Shown piece after piece: positions 10,777 to 22,859 of a stretch of 47,943 nt of DNA. The DNA comes from Octopus bimaculoides (lineage: Eukaryota). The notes beneath the pieces were generated by a model that saw only the letters and a program-made list of their open reading frames with translations, did no database searches and was not told the DNA's origin. Every line of letters begins with the position of its first letter. Position 1 is the stretch's first letter. A program made the translations under genes and the position numbers. The stretch is from assembly GCF_001194135.2 (NCBI RefSeq), contig NC_068992.1:34522574-34570516 (forward strand), in the 5' to 3' direction.

Positions 10777-11105
10777 GTGATACATAAAAAGCACCATTCA
10801 AGTGTGGTCGATGCGAGTAGTGTCTGACTGGTCCTATGCTGGTGGCATGTGAAAAGCACCATTCAAGTGTGGTTGATGCCACTACCACCTGACTGGCCCT
10901 CATGCCAGTGGCATGTAAAAAGCACCCACTACACTTTCAAAGTGGTTGGCATTAGGAAGGGCATCCAGCTGCAGAAACTTTGCTGGCCCTCATTCAAACC
11001 ATCCAACCCATGCCAGCATGGAAAGCAGACGTTAAACGACGATCATGACAATGATGATGATATAGCATGGAAAAGTGAATGTTAGATGAGGATGATGATG
11101 ATGGT
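10772..11105 (+). mobile_element. RTE-type 3' UTR/tail with an internal 65-66-bp tandem module
   Basis: gtggttggcattaggaagggcatccagctgcagaaac...ccaacccatgccagcatggaaagcagacgttaaacg plus (GAT)-like tail; aaaagcacc recurs with gcacc at 10791, 10856 and 10922. Confidence 0.75.
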
Positions 11106-11199
11106 TATATATCATCATTATTGTTGTTGTTGTTGTCATCTTTAACATCATCATCATCAATAGTTTTGTCTGTTTTTTTTTTTGTACCTGCTTCTGTGG

Positions 11200-11397
11200 C
11201 TTGAATGAATCCTCTGCAAAACATCTCATAATTAGATGTATTCCTTTATCATCTTCTTTTGAGAGAATCCTGAGATCAAAATTCATCTCTTCTTCCCATA
11301 TCTTTCTCTTTCACATTTTCCTTCAACTTGGATCTTCTGGTTCTTCTTAACCCAAAGCCATCCTCCATAACAATATATATCCATATCAATCCACTAA

Positions 11398-11428
<31 letters not shown>

Positions 11429-12020
11429 TTCATTTTATATCTAATTCCTCTTATACCCGCTATTTCCTCACTTTATGTCATATCATTCATGCACACTATC
11501 ATTACACATCCTGCAGAGCATACTTGTTTTATATCTCTTTAGCATTTGCACATCATCTGCATTCAATACACTCACCTCACAACCATGTAGCATTGCACTT
11601 TGTACCATGCTTCCAGAGCACTTTCTTTCATTGCTGATCAGGTTGCCTTTGTAATAGAAGCTATCAACGATGGCAATGGAATGTTCCAAACATTGAAAAT
11701 AATTCATTTTACTGGTTTGCTAACTGCTAACTAGTCTTGTGCATCAGCCCCATAAAGTCTCTATTCACAGTCAAGACATGCCTAATCCCAGCATTCTTAG
11801 TTCACATTGGACACACTGCATGAAATTCCTCACTATTTCTTTTCTGCATAATAAACATGGATATTTCCCTGATAACAACAGGATCATTTTCTTTCTTACT
11901 TACTTCAACTTAAGTTTTTGCTAAGCTTGCTCCAAGGTCTCTTGATTCTAGCTTTTGTTTCAAATTTGTATTTTCTTCTCAAAATCTCCCTCTAATTCTG
12001 CTACACAATGAAAGACTCCA
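11200..12020 (-). mobile_element. RTE-clade LINE fragment (RT C-terminus to ORF end)
   Basis: NLKQKLESRDLGASL, Cys-rich block, IVDSFYYKGNLISN, MVQSAMLHGCEVSVLNADDVQMLKRYKTSMLCRMCNDSVHE. Confidence 0.8.
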
Positions 12021-13004
12021 ATACAACACACACACATATGGATATGATCATTTATTTCATTTTTCTCTCAGTTAATGCATTTGTGTCTTAAAGTAGTTAA
12101 ATTTAAGCATATTTGATGAATATACACTTTCTATATCATTCAATTTGAAAGCACATGGCTCCTATTTGTGATAGTTGTATTATTATGTTAGGCAGATAAA
12201 ACTTCTGCAGTAGTATATAGATTTATGGCGCATTAGTTAGTAACTGGCTTGATAATACTTTTCTCATTCAAACTTTTTTCACCGTTATATAATCATCTTA
12301 TAACCTAAAGATTATATGCCCTCCAAAGTGATTTATACACTCAAGTATTTTGTGTTTAACCCTTCAAATGAGAAAGAATTTAATATTCTGTTATCATTCT
12401 TTCTAAGTTATATAATTGTGAAACACATTGCTGTAGATTCTAACTTCTGAGAGTTTGTGAAATATTTACTGACCCATATTGTGATTGGAAAATAACTTGT
12501 GTCAATAGAATTAGAATAAAGTATTAGACAGATTACATGCAGAAACAACAATATCAAAAAAAGCTTTCCTTCTTACAAAAGTGAGTCTGCCTCAACTTGT
12601 CACACTAACAATAATTACGTCCCTTGTTCAATAGCACAAAGCAATAATTGTGGGTTGATAAATATGTAGTCACTGGTCTGGTGTTACTCTTTTGGTCTCA
12701 TAAAGCCAATGTGATTCTCCCATTGGCCTAACACTATAATTTAAAATGTTTTCTACATGCTGACAATGTGTGTTTTATTCTGCAAACTTGAGTGTTTCTG
12801 ATGGAATTCGTTTCATTTTGTCTTTTTCAATGGCTTCAGTCATTAGACTACAGGCTTCATGAGGTACTAGTATTAAGAATTGCAGTCAATCATATCAACT
12901 CTATTACTTATTTTACTTATATTTATAATTGTAGAACCACAAAGATGTAAACACACTCTTATATACATATAGTCATAGACACACAAATATATATATATAC
13001 ATAA

Positions 13005-13160
13005 AGAGCAGGTTGCCACACAGTTTCTCTCAAGCAAATTCCACACACAAGGTAATGCTTAGCTCATGGATGCCAAAGAGGATACTAATTCAAGGTGCCA
13101 TACAATGGGATCAAATTCAAAACTGCAGGGTTGTGAAGTACACTTAAAACCAACCTGCCA
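13005..13160 (-). mobile_element. SINE family A head, minus strand
   Basis: Reverse complement ttttgaatttgatcccattgtatggcaccttga...ccttgtgtgtggaatttgcttgagagaaactg matches the family A 5' part. Confidence 0.6.
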
Positions 13161-13744
13161 TACTTGGACCAATTGTAAATGGAAATTCTTTACTCATTTC
13201 CTTTTAGAGTAAAATATTTTAATATTGGATAAGAAGTAGGTCTATTATTACTTCATATATTTATGTTTTTGGGGATTTTTTCCAAAAATAATTTATTTTA
13301 GAAACTATTTGGTTTACCAAAAAGTCCATCTTACTTGTTATAATTAAAAATAAAACTTTTAAACACAATTTAAGATATTCAATCAATGATATAATTACTG
13401 CTTCATTTCAGTATTTGTTTCCATCTGGTGGGCAAATTCATTATTCCCTATGTAAAGAATTTCCTGTTTTGACAGGTAAAAAACTCTTCCAGGTGATTTT
13501 TTACATCCTCTTCAGAGTCAAAGATCTATCCATTTAATGAATTTTGAAGAGACCAAACTGGGAGGAAATCTGATGGCACAAGGTCAGGCAAATATGCAGG
13601 GTGCAGCAAATCTCCCAGCCAAAGCCCAGTAACTTGTGCCATGTCTGCAAAGAAGAGTATGGTCTGGCATTGTCATGATAAAATATCATACAATACCCTT
13701 ATGATTAGCAGGTGATGGATACTTCTGTCAGGTGGCTGCATTTA

Positions 13745-14983
13745 TCAGGTTGAGTAAAAAGTAAGCAACATTTTGAAATATGAAGAATTTGTACTGGAGT
13801 TTTGCAAAGCTTTGAATTTTTTTTTTACTTTTGTTTTTGCAATCATCTGATAATACAGACATAGACCTGCCCAAATGCATCAATAAATTAACGTTGATAT
13901 TTTTTTCACCATTGTTACAATCATCTGAAATGGAGCTGTCAAGGTGAGGTATTCGAGGAATTTTTCTGTTCAATTTCAAAAAAAGACGTAAAGCAGCCAA
14001 AACTGCTCATGATATCAATGAAACATTTGGTGAGGAAATGATTAGTGAGTGATCAGCTCGAAAAGGGTTTAAACAGTTTCACAGTGGATACCTGAGCATT
14101 GAAGATCATGAGCATAATGGATGCCCATCTGTCATCAATGACGGTCAATTAAAGACTGTCATTGAGAAAAACTGGCTAAAGAACTTCAAGTTAACCAGAA
14201 AACTGCCTGCAACCATTCACATTCAATCAGAAAATCAAAAACCCTCAACAAATGGGTACCATGCAATTTGAATGAAAATCAGAAAGCGTGCAGATATGAA
14301 ATTTGCCTGTGGCTTCCTCTCTGTAACCAGACCGATCCATTTCTTGACTAACTTGCAATGAAAAGAGGATTCTGTACAATAATAAAAAAACAATCTTTGC
14401 AGTGGTTGGACCAAGATGAAGCACCAAGAACCTTCCCTAAACTCGAGCTCATCAAAAAGAAGGTTATGGTGACTGTTTGGTGATGTACTGCTTGACTCAT
14501 CCACTATAACTTCTTAAAATCTGGAAAAACCATTACTGCAGAAACATATTGCCATAAAATTGCCAAAATGAATGAAAGACTGCTACTTCTCCATCCCAGA
14601 CTGGTCAAAAGAAGTGGGCCAATCATTCTTCATGACAATGCTCAACCACATGTTTCACTAATGATGCTCCAGAAGTTGAGGGAACTTGACTATGAAGTTC
14701 TTCCCCACCAGCTTATTCCCCAGACCTTTCTCCTACTGACTACCACTTTCTCAAGCACCTTAAGGATTTCCTGTGAGAGAAAGAGTTCCAAAATCAAACA
14801 GATGCTGGAAGTGAGTTCAAAGATTTCATCAGCTCCAGAATTCCAAATTTTTATATTACTGGAATAAATAACTCATTGACAAAAATGTGTTGATTGTAAT
14901 GGTACATACTTTGATGAATTTCCACATTGCTGAAATATATTGTTTCATTTTTCAAAACGTTGCTTACTTTTTACTCAGCCTGA
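13745..14983 (+). mobile_element. Full-length (1239 bp) DD34D mariner with TIRs and TA TSD; transposase pseudogenised
   Basis: TIR tcaggttgagtaaaaagtaagcaacattttgaaa (13745-13778) versus the reverse complement of 14950-14983: 2 mismatches in 34. TA at 13743-44 and 14984-85. ORF from ATG 13930 has KWVPCNLNENQK, HDNAQPH, YSPDLSPTDYH (34 residues between the Ds), KCVDCNGTYFDE, with stops and frameshifts. Confidence 0.95.
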
Positions 14984-15529
14984 TAATTTGTCCACAGGAA
15001 GAAGCTCATAAAAGATAACACCCTTCCAATAAAACTAAATTGAATGCATAACCTTCCTTAGGGTCAATTTCTGCATTGGAGGTTGTTTGTGATGGTTTGC
15101 TGCCCTTCCCCATAATCATTTGCACATCACATTGTTATAGTTGATCCCTTTTTCATCCCCTGTCACCAACCTCTTCAAAAAAGAATTGTTTTCTTTGAGT
15201 TTCTGCAATGAATCACAGATAGAAATCTATTGGGTGATATTAGCCTCATTCAAATGATGTTGGACCCAAATATCAAGCCTACTGACATAACCAAGTTGAT
15301 GCAGATGGTTTTCATCACACAGTTTGGATATCTAGGGAATATCCGTGATCATCCTGGAGGTTGGTGTCACTATTAATCTCAGTTGGTCAGCTAGAGTAAG
15401 GTGCATTTTAAACCAAAAGATTTCCCAATCAACATCTTGAAAACCTCTTCTGGGATACACATTCAATAATGGCATTCTCTCTAGATATAGTACATATCTA
15501 CTTGCAGGTTTTCTCTCTCCCACTCTTTC

Positions 15530-16062
15530 TCTCCTTCTCCTGCACTTCTCTCAAGCTGGGTAACCATATACCTCTTTTACAGAAGCCCACCTGTTTCTGT
15601 CTTCGTTCCAGATCTCTCTCTCTCTCTCTCTCTCTCTGGAGGCAACCTTGTGCCTCCTCTACAGCAAGACACCTGCTTTTGTCACTTTGTCCCACTATAA
15701 CCTTTCATCATCTGACACAAGATCACCTTCTCAATGCCCTCCCCTCTCAAAGGATCTTTATCTTGCAATGCTGGTGTCACATAAAAAGTACCCAGTCCAC
15801 ACTGTAAAGTGGTTGGCATTTGGAAGGGCATCCAGTGGTAAAAACTTTGCTAAAACTGACCTTGCCTGTGGTGGTACCACATAAAAAGCACTCAATCAAC
15901 TCTGCTGGGTGGTTGGTGTTAGGAAGGGCATCCAGCCGTAAAAATCCTGCCAAAACAGACACAGAAGTTTGGTGCAGGCTCCTGCCAGGCGAGCCCCTGT
16001 CAAACCGTCCAACCCATGCCATTATGGTAGGCAGACGTTAAATGATGATGATGATGATGATG
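15530..16062. mobile_element. RTE-derived composite: 5' region on the minus strand plus 3' tail on the plus strand
   Basis: 15540-15700 resembles 19540-19610 (gctgggtaaccat..ctct..acag.aag..acctg.tt.tgtc). 15770-16062 is the RTE tail with a 100-bp tandem duplication and a (GAT)n end. Both lie inside the old mariner N-terminus. Confidence 0.6.
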
Positions 16063-16596
16063 AAAAGCATCAAATGTTGATAAAGTTTGTTTTAGTTCTC
16101 CATATTTCAGTATGGTCCCAAGCACACAAAATATAATCTGTCAAACTACATTGAAGTGTTAAGCATCTAACAAGAGTGCACGTGCAAAAGACAGACTGAA
16201 CTTAGTTACTTATTAGAGCGCTTGAAGTTTAGTATCAACATAAACCAAATAGACCTTTTGGCCAACTTAACAAATGGTTATAATCATATTTTCTTTCTTT
16301 TTGGTAAAATTAATTAAATTTACAGGTGCATGTCCTTCGTATTGCTTAGCATTCAAGCATAAGATTATAGAGAAATCTGTAGTCAGTTGAAGAAATATCT
16401 GCTGAGCCCTTTTTAAGATGCACATTTCATTTGCTTAGTTACAAGGCTTTTCTCTAAGGGGAGAAAATGTGAAAATGACTGAATTTACTGTGTTGTATTA
16501 TAACTGTTTACTTTACTGATAAATATAATGTCAACTTCTTTAGGATTCAAATTCCTACTTCAAAGAATTAGAAAGAATATAATTGAAATCTTAGTT

Positions 16597-16820
16597 CAAA
16601 CCTTTGGCATTCAGATTTCTCTGTCAGATGTTGTGCTTATTTATTCACACTGTTTTGAATTACTCACACATTGTCTCATAGCTTTGAAATTTTGATGATT
16701 TGGTTGTATATTTTTAGAATTATGTAGGTTAGTTGTGAGAGGCCAGATATACCTGGTTTGAACACAAAACACATAGAATATTAGGGCAAGAGTTAGCCAC
16801 TTTATATGCTAAAGGGTTAA
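16597..16820. mobile_element. About 225-bp MITE, piggyBac-like ends (second copy 33865-34088)
   Basis: Ends aaacctttggcatt...atgctaaagggttaa (CCCT/AGGG-TTAA-like); internal sequence shared with 33865-34088. Confidence 0.65.
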
Positions 16821-17214
16821 GCCAGCTTTATCATATTTTAGATATCTCAATTATTTTTAAATGTTACCCTAGCTTCCTTTCTCAGCTAATGCATTTCAGC
16901 TTTACATATTATTGGTCAATCTTTTCATGATGCATTTATCAATATCCTTGTATCTTAGTGGGTGAGTGGGTGAGTTCTACCCTGGTTTATTGCACAACTA
17001 GACAACTATTAGTGGAGTGTTTATCTTAGCAATTGTGATTCCTCCATTCTTTGGATGCATTTTTTTCCTTAAAACTACTGGCCATATTAAATATACACTA
17101 GCTTACAAACTTTATAAATAACTTGTTGTTTTTTCTAATCAAGTAACTCAAGAGGAGGATGCTGTACAAAGTTTAAGAGCAATAAATATCATAATTATAT
17201 CTCAGTTATATATC

Positions 17215-17345
17215 AACCTATAGGTTTTGGTCTAGTGGTTAGGTTGTTAAACTCCCAATTGCAAGGTCATAAGTTTGATACTCAGACTGGGCAGCATTCT
17301 GTGTCCTTGAGTGGGACACCTCATTTCACATTTTCCACTTTGTTT
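17215..17345 (+). mobile_element. tRNA-like SINE head fragment (third family, similar to 30165-30360)
   Basis: tggtctagtggttagg (A-box-like), agtttgatactc (B-box-like), gtgtccttgagtgggacacctcatttcacatt. Confidence 0.5.
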
Positions 17346-18329
17346 TTGTGTCTGCAATGTGGCATCTCACAGAAGGGGGCAGTGAGTAATACATTATTCG
17401 AAGTTTAATCACAGCTCCTACCTTTATGACATAAGGGTAAATGTTAAGGCCAGTCATAAAGTGTTTTAAGCAGGTGTTTTGCAAAGAAGTTTGGGCAACA
17501 TTTGCTACAGTGATTCACAATCTTCTCATCTTTACACTGATTCAAGGAAGTTGAAATCAAAGTCAGCTCTGAGCCAAATGATATCAAAAACATCCTAATT
17601 TTGACCATCCTATCTTTTTGATATCAAGATTACATTGTCTAATGTGACATTCCATCTGGGAGGTGTGATGTGAGAATGATTTAGCAGCTATTTTTTGTAA
17701 ATCAAATGACTATAAAGAGGTTCATATTCAAGTAAGTTGTTTCATGAGAAAAGTAAATAATAGCAATCTGTTGAGTATTTAGCTACCACACACTGGGCAA
17801 ATATCTATGAAAGTTACGATATCTTTGCCACTGTACAATAGCATCAAGACTTAGGATTGAAATGTCTTCAGAAGCAACATTTTAATATGTATATTCTTGT
17901 AAGGTTATCGAGCTTTAAGAAATAGATCTGTAAGGCTTCTTAATCCAATAATTGACATGATCAATGCAAGCAATGTTCTTCATGTTTTCTATTGGATTGC
18001 TTCCAGTTTTCTGATGATATCAGGATCATTGGTGAATATGTGGGTACATCTGACTAACAAAAGGCTTCTTACACACAATAAGTATCATTTTTATTTAAGA
18101 GGTAAAATGAAGGATTTATAACAAGATATTGATTGCAGATGTATCCGAAAGGGAGATATTCAATATGCACGAATTGAGTATTTTCTTGTTTTGCTTGGTA
18201 TTGCATGGCCTGGTGAGATTGTGAGGGGAAGGGATGAAGAGTGAGAGAATAAAGAATAAGTACAGTGGTTAGGAGAAAAGATAGTGAGGGTTTGCAATGT
18301 GCAACTAACAGTAAGGGGATGCATGCGCA

Positions 18330-19700
18330 AAACATTAAACAAAGGCAGAGTGCATGTATTATCCCATTATTTCAATGAGCATTTTGAAAAGCTTGCATGG
18401 GAGATCAGATATGCAAAACTATATATTGCCAGTAAGCATGGTCCTAAATCATTTCCTTTGTCAGATGTAATGTCTTGAGATCATTTCTCACCACTTCATC
18501 CTAAGTCTTCCTTGGTCTCCACTTCTACAGTCATCACTCCCTTTTAAGTGCTTGGCACTTGTCCAAGCAGCTGTCAACCGCCATCAGCAATCTCCTTACT
18601 TACTTGCTACTTCAGATTCCCCTTATATCCAGTTTCTCCTTCATTTCATTAATACTTTGTTGTTCAGGCACCATAGCATGATACAGTGCTGCATGCTTGC
18701 CTCATTTCTTTCTTGTCTTTACAGCTTCTCCACAATTAAGATCCATGTCACACTATCGTGCAGCAAAGGACTTTGCATATGAGCATTCTACAATCCACCC
18801 TTGACTTTGAGAGATAAGTTTCAGCTGAGGTTCCCTAGACTTTCTCCGACCCATCCTTATTCTAACCACCATACTTTGGGCATCCAACCCACCCATCAAC
18901 ACAACTACCTTTAGAGAACCATCTGGGTACTTAAAAGAAACTACTTTATCAAGCCCTCCATTACTGCCCCAGTACAACTACTACATATGAAATCTCTTCT
19001 CTGTCAGCTTATCTGTGACCCTACTACACCTTTTATGTGTCAGTTATTTACATTAGAACATCTTATATAATTTCCACTGACACCGTTTTTGCAGATGGAG
19101 AACAGCCACTTCCCTGATGTTATAAGGTTTATGTTTTGCTTGCTACTTACACTAAAGCCATTCAACTCTACATTTTGCTACCATTTCTAAAATTTCAGCT
19201 TTGATTCTTCAACACAATCTGCTGTAAGAGTTGAGTCAACAGCACAGAGTAGTTCCCAAAGTCTTACATTCTCTGTTACAAACTGGAGGACTATAGTAAA
19301 TAGGGAGTCAGAGAACTGAGTCTACTATTTCCTTTACTTTCTCTCCAAATTAGTTATCACCAATGGTTATGTTACCATTTGGGTTTCCAATTTACTGCAT
19401 TTCATTTTATCGCCATTTCTAACCAATCTGCCATTTACCTACTGACACACCATTTTGTATCCCATGTCCCTATTCTCTCTTATTCTCACCTTCTTGTATC
19501 TTGATGGTGCACCCTGACATCTCATCACCTCCATCTCTTTTCACTATTTCTAGCTTGGGTAGCCATGTATCTCTTCCACAGCAAGAAACCTGCTTTTGTC
19601 CTTCTATCGTAATTTAATCTCTCAATACTTGGCATAAAACCAGGGACCCTTCAGGATTACAACCATTTTTAGTTGAGGAGAGTTGTGAGTTTCTTGGTGA
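18330..19700 (-). mobile_element. Internally deleted RTE LINE (5' region, partial endonuclease, RT C-terminus, ORF end)
   Basis: LDKVVSFKYPDGSLKVV..SMVVRIRMGRRKSREPQL, GRPRKT*DEVVRNDLKTLHLTKEM, endonuclease-like remnants at 19080-19180, 5'-region motif at 19540-19620. Confidence 0.75.
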
Positions 19701-19719
19701 CTTCACTAATGCAGTCAGT

Positions 19720-19893
19720 GCTTTGTAAAAAGCATCTAGCTCACTTTGTAAAGTAGGTGGTATTAGGAGAAGCATCCAGTCATAGAAACCCCATCAAAGA
19801 AGACAGTGACGGTTGATGCTGTCCTCTGAATTATCAAGTCGTATCAAAACATCTGATCCATGCCAGTATGGAAGCATGGAAGATGGGTGTTAA

Positions 19894-19927
<34 letters not shown>
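19720..19927 (+). mobile_element. RTE 3' tail ending in (GAT)n
   Basis: gtattaggagaagcatccagtcatagaaac...ccatgccagtatggaagcatggaagatgggtgttaaatgatgatgat. Confidence 0.7.
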
Positions 19928-19928
<1 letters not shown>

Positions 19929-20551
19929 AGACACACACACTCACTCACACACATGCACACATACACACTTACACATATAAGATGGCTAAATTTACAGTTA
20001 TACATTCAGTCAATGCTACTTGTTGTTACCAAGAAGTTGCTCACAATAAAATGTTGTCAAACAGATCCTCAATTAATGTAGATCAAAAATGATTGCACAG
20101 ATAATGTTCTCCATCAAAATAGTGAGTAACCGAGGGAGATAATAATACAAGTAAATGAAATTGTTTATTAGACATAAAACCTAGAAACAAACCAAATACA
20201 TATAAGATTAATTATACAAATATCCAAGCACATAAAACATTATGATAATGTGTGTTATACATAGCTTACATGTTTTTCTTCTGTTTCAGCCTTTCGATCT
20301 TAAAAGATGAGAATGTGTCAAGTACAGCAGTAGTTACATTATAGTCAATATATTTAAAGTAATGGTCATCAAAAAACTAAATAATCCTGCAAAATAGAAA
20401 GGATAACATTTCAATGAATGATTAAGACTAATAATATTTTGGTTATTTTGGCAATAATGAAGGATGACTTCCGACATGTTTTGGTTTTATGAGACCTCCT
20501 CAGCAAATCATGAATTTCATTCTTCCTATTGAGAGAATAATTATATATATA

Positions 20552-20666
20552 TATGTATGTATGTATGTTTGTATGTATGTATGTATGTATGTATGTTTGT
20601 ATGTATGTATGTATGTATGTATGTTTGTATGTATGTATGTATGTATGTTTGTATGTATGTATGTAT
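20552..20666. repeat. (TATG)n tetranucleotide array with recurring TTTG interruptions
   Basis: Direct inspection. Confidence 0.95.
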
Positions 20667-21584
20667 ATTATATATATAAATTACTGTACATATATGGATA
20701 TGTTTTCTAAGGTTTTCTTGCGTGCTTGCTGAAATGATTTAGATGATATTATTCATTGACCCAATGTCTTTTCTTCACCACATAATTATTTTAAAGAATT
20801 TATTCAATGGTCACTGCATTAAATATGTTAATGGTGACTTAACTCTTAGTTTTCATGTCAGTAGTATTTCTGTAATTTATTCTTCAACTAAAAGAGTTGG
20901 GAGACAATATGAATTTTTATTGATTTATTTTCACTTGAGACAAAGCAAATATCTGTCAAAAGAGATGTTCTATATTATTAAAATTAACTCATATGTTACT
21001 GGTGATAATTTTTATCACTCCTAAGGGCCTAATAGCAAAATCAACCACACAAGGGTTTTGCACTCAGAAGTAAAACAAAAAAAGATTAAAGCATATATTT
21101 TAAAACTTTATTGTAAAGAACCACTCAATTCATTGCCCTAAAGGAATATGAATTTATACAAAGTGGCAGGAAAGGGAAGAAATTTTTTCTAAAGAAAATA
21201 CAAATTGGTGTCAATTTTCTATTATGAACAGATGTAATTTCATAAACAGGATATACTCTACAATGCGCAAACAATTTGAAAGACATTTGTAATATTGTAT
21301 CAAATCAGAAAGAATAAATGCTACCAATATTGGAAACTGCTATGTTCATCTTTCTGTGTAATTACCATTTAATGGTAGTTTGACACAAGACTACTTTCTA
21401 TTACTCACTTTTTGTTTTCTCTTGACATTCATAACTGTCTACTGTCTGGCTACTCAGTGGTTTTAGCTTGATGTACAAATGTGTCTCTCACTGTCCTATT
21501 ATCAGATACCTTTCTCCTACCACATTTTCTAAATATCTATGTCTGTCTCAAGAATCACTAGAAATCATGTTGTTTATTTCATAT

Positions 21585-21780
21585 CATCATCATCTTCATC
21601 CTTTAATGTCCATATTCCATGCTGGCATGGATTGGACGGTTCAACAGGTTCTGATTAGCCTAAGGGCTGCATTGCTCTTCAGTGTCTGCTTTGGTAAGGT
21701 TTCTCTTTCTGGGTGCCCTTCCTAATGTTAACCACTTTCATAATGTATTGGGTACTATTTTCACGAAGGCAGTACTGGTG
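21585..21780 (-). mobile_element. RTE 3' tail, minus strand
   Basis: catcatcatcttcatcctttaatgtccatattccatgctggcatggattggacggtt...gggtgcccttcctaatgttaaccac. Confidence 0.75.
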
Positions 21781-22859
21781 ATGTCACTAAATAGCTTCCA
21801 AGACAAGATGTAGGAGTGCAGTAATGAAGAGGGTAGTTTTGTGCTAGATTTAGTGCGACTAAAGTAGGAAAGAGGGACAAGGGATCTTTTCTGTTTGGTT
21901 GCCACTTCTCAATTTCTTCAGTTTTTGTTCCAATTGATTTCATATTTGGTGTATTGATGTAGTTTTCTATGGTAATTATTAACATGAAATTCATTTACAC
22001 CATAAATCAATAAATAAAGAATTAACAGCTTTTAAATTTTGCTAATTTTGGATAATTCTAGCCAATTGAAAGCTACAGATATATAGGTGTCTGTTTCCAC
22101 AGTAACAAGCCAAGCTGTTACCAAGCTGCTAACCCTTCTGTTGCTCTCCTGCCCAACCACAAGGTAATTTTTTTTTTGCTTATTAAATGCTTAAAACACA
22201 CTAGGTATGAGGTGGTAATGAGATGTGTTAAAAATAACAGCGAAATGGGCCTCAAATCATGTACCAAAATTATCATTTTTTGTGGAGGAGCATAATCGCA
22301 TGAATTCTCATGTGTAGAATACAAATTTGCAACTATTTTCTGAAATTTTCAAAAAATAAAAAAGTTATGAAGGGTTATATGGCGTGCATAAAGCAGAATT
22401 CTGCCAATATTTCATTTGATTACAGTTTGATATTAAAACACGTGCTTTTGTTTGCAATGTTGACAACACATGCATTCATGCACAAAATGAAAGCTTCCAA
22501 ATCCTGTTTTCAGACTGGGTAAAAATGATCAAACTTTAAACTTCTTTAATTTTTCCTTTAATTTCTTTGGAATTAGGCCCTGAGATTCAATGTGAAAAAC
22601 TACATCAATACACCAAATTTGAAAATTTCCACTTAATTTTAAAATTTCAAAAAGTGCAGCCAAACAGAAAAGATCCAGGACAAGAACATGTGTTTTTCTG
22701 TAGAGGAAATACGTGACTACCCTAACAGGAAAGAAAAAAAGGATGGTGAAGAAATATTAGGTCACACCCTCAAGGTACAAGAAGATGTAAAGAGAGAGAA
22801 TAGAGGTAGGGAACTTAGGATGGCTGTGTGGTTAGGTAGATTCATGAGAGTGTGATAGG

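Larger units (their letters stand above)
13306..16272 (-). mobile_element. Old DD34D mariner, split into three pieces by two younger insertions
   Basis: Pieces on the minus strand: MEN*NKLYQHLMLF (ATG 16103); KTCK*ICTISRENAIIEC..QKRFSRC; KLDIWVQHHLNE..SFLKRLVTGDEK..RKVMHSI*FYWKGVIFYELLPVDK; after rejoining at TA, LNAA..HDNARPYSSLQTWHKLLGFGWE..HPAYLPDLVPSDF..DSEEDVKNHLEEFF..GIMNLPTRWKQILK. Degenerate TIRs at 13306-13330 and about 16248-16272. Confidence 0.8.

Noticed and set aside
10772-10930. Repeat-spacer-like pattern with 65-bp period
   Set aside because: The whole units are homologous, so this is a tandem duplication in a LINE UTR.
13930-14920. Domesticated SETMAR-like gene
   Set aside because: Multiple stops and frameshifts, intact TIRs and TSD, no SET domain.
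17760-18070. Old LINE-like peptide CTHIFTNDPDIIRKLEAIQ on the minus strand (similar start at 36742)
   Set aside because: Too short and decayed to classify.
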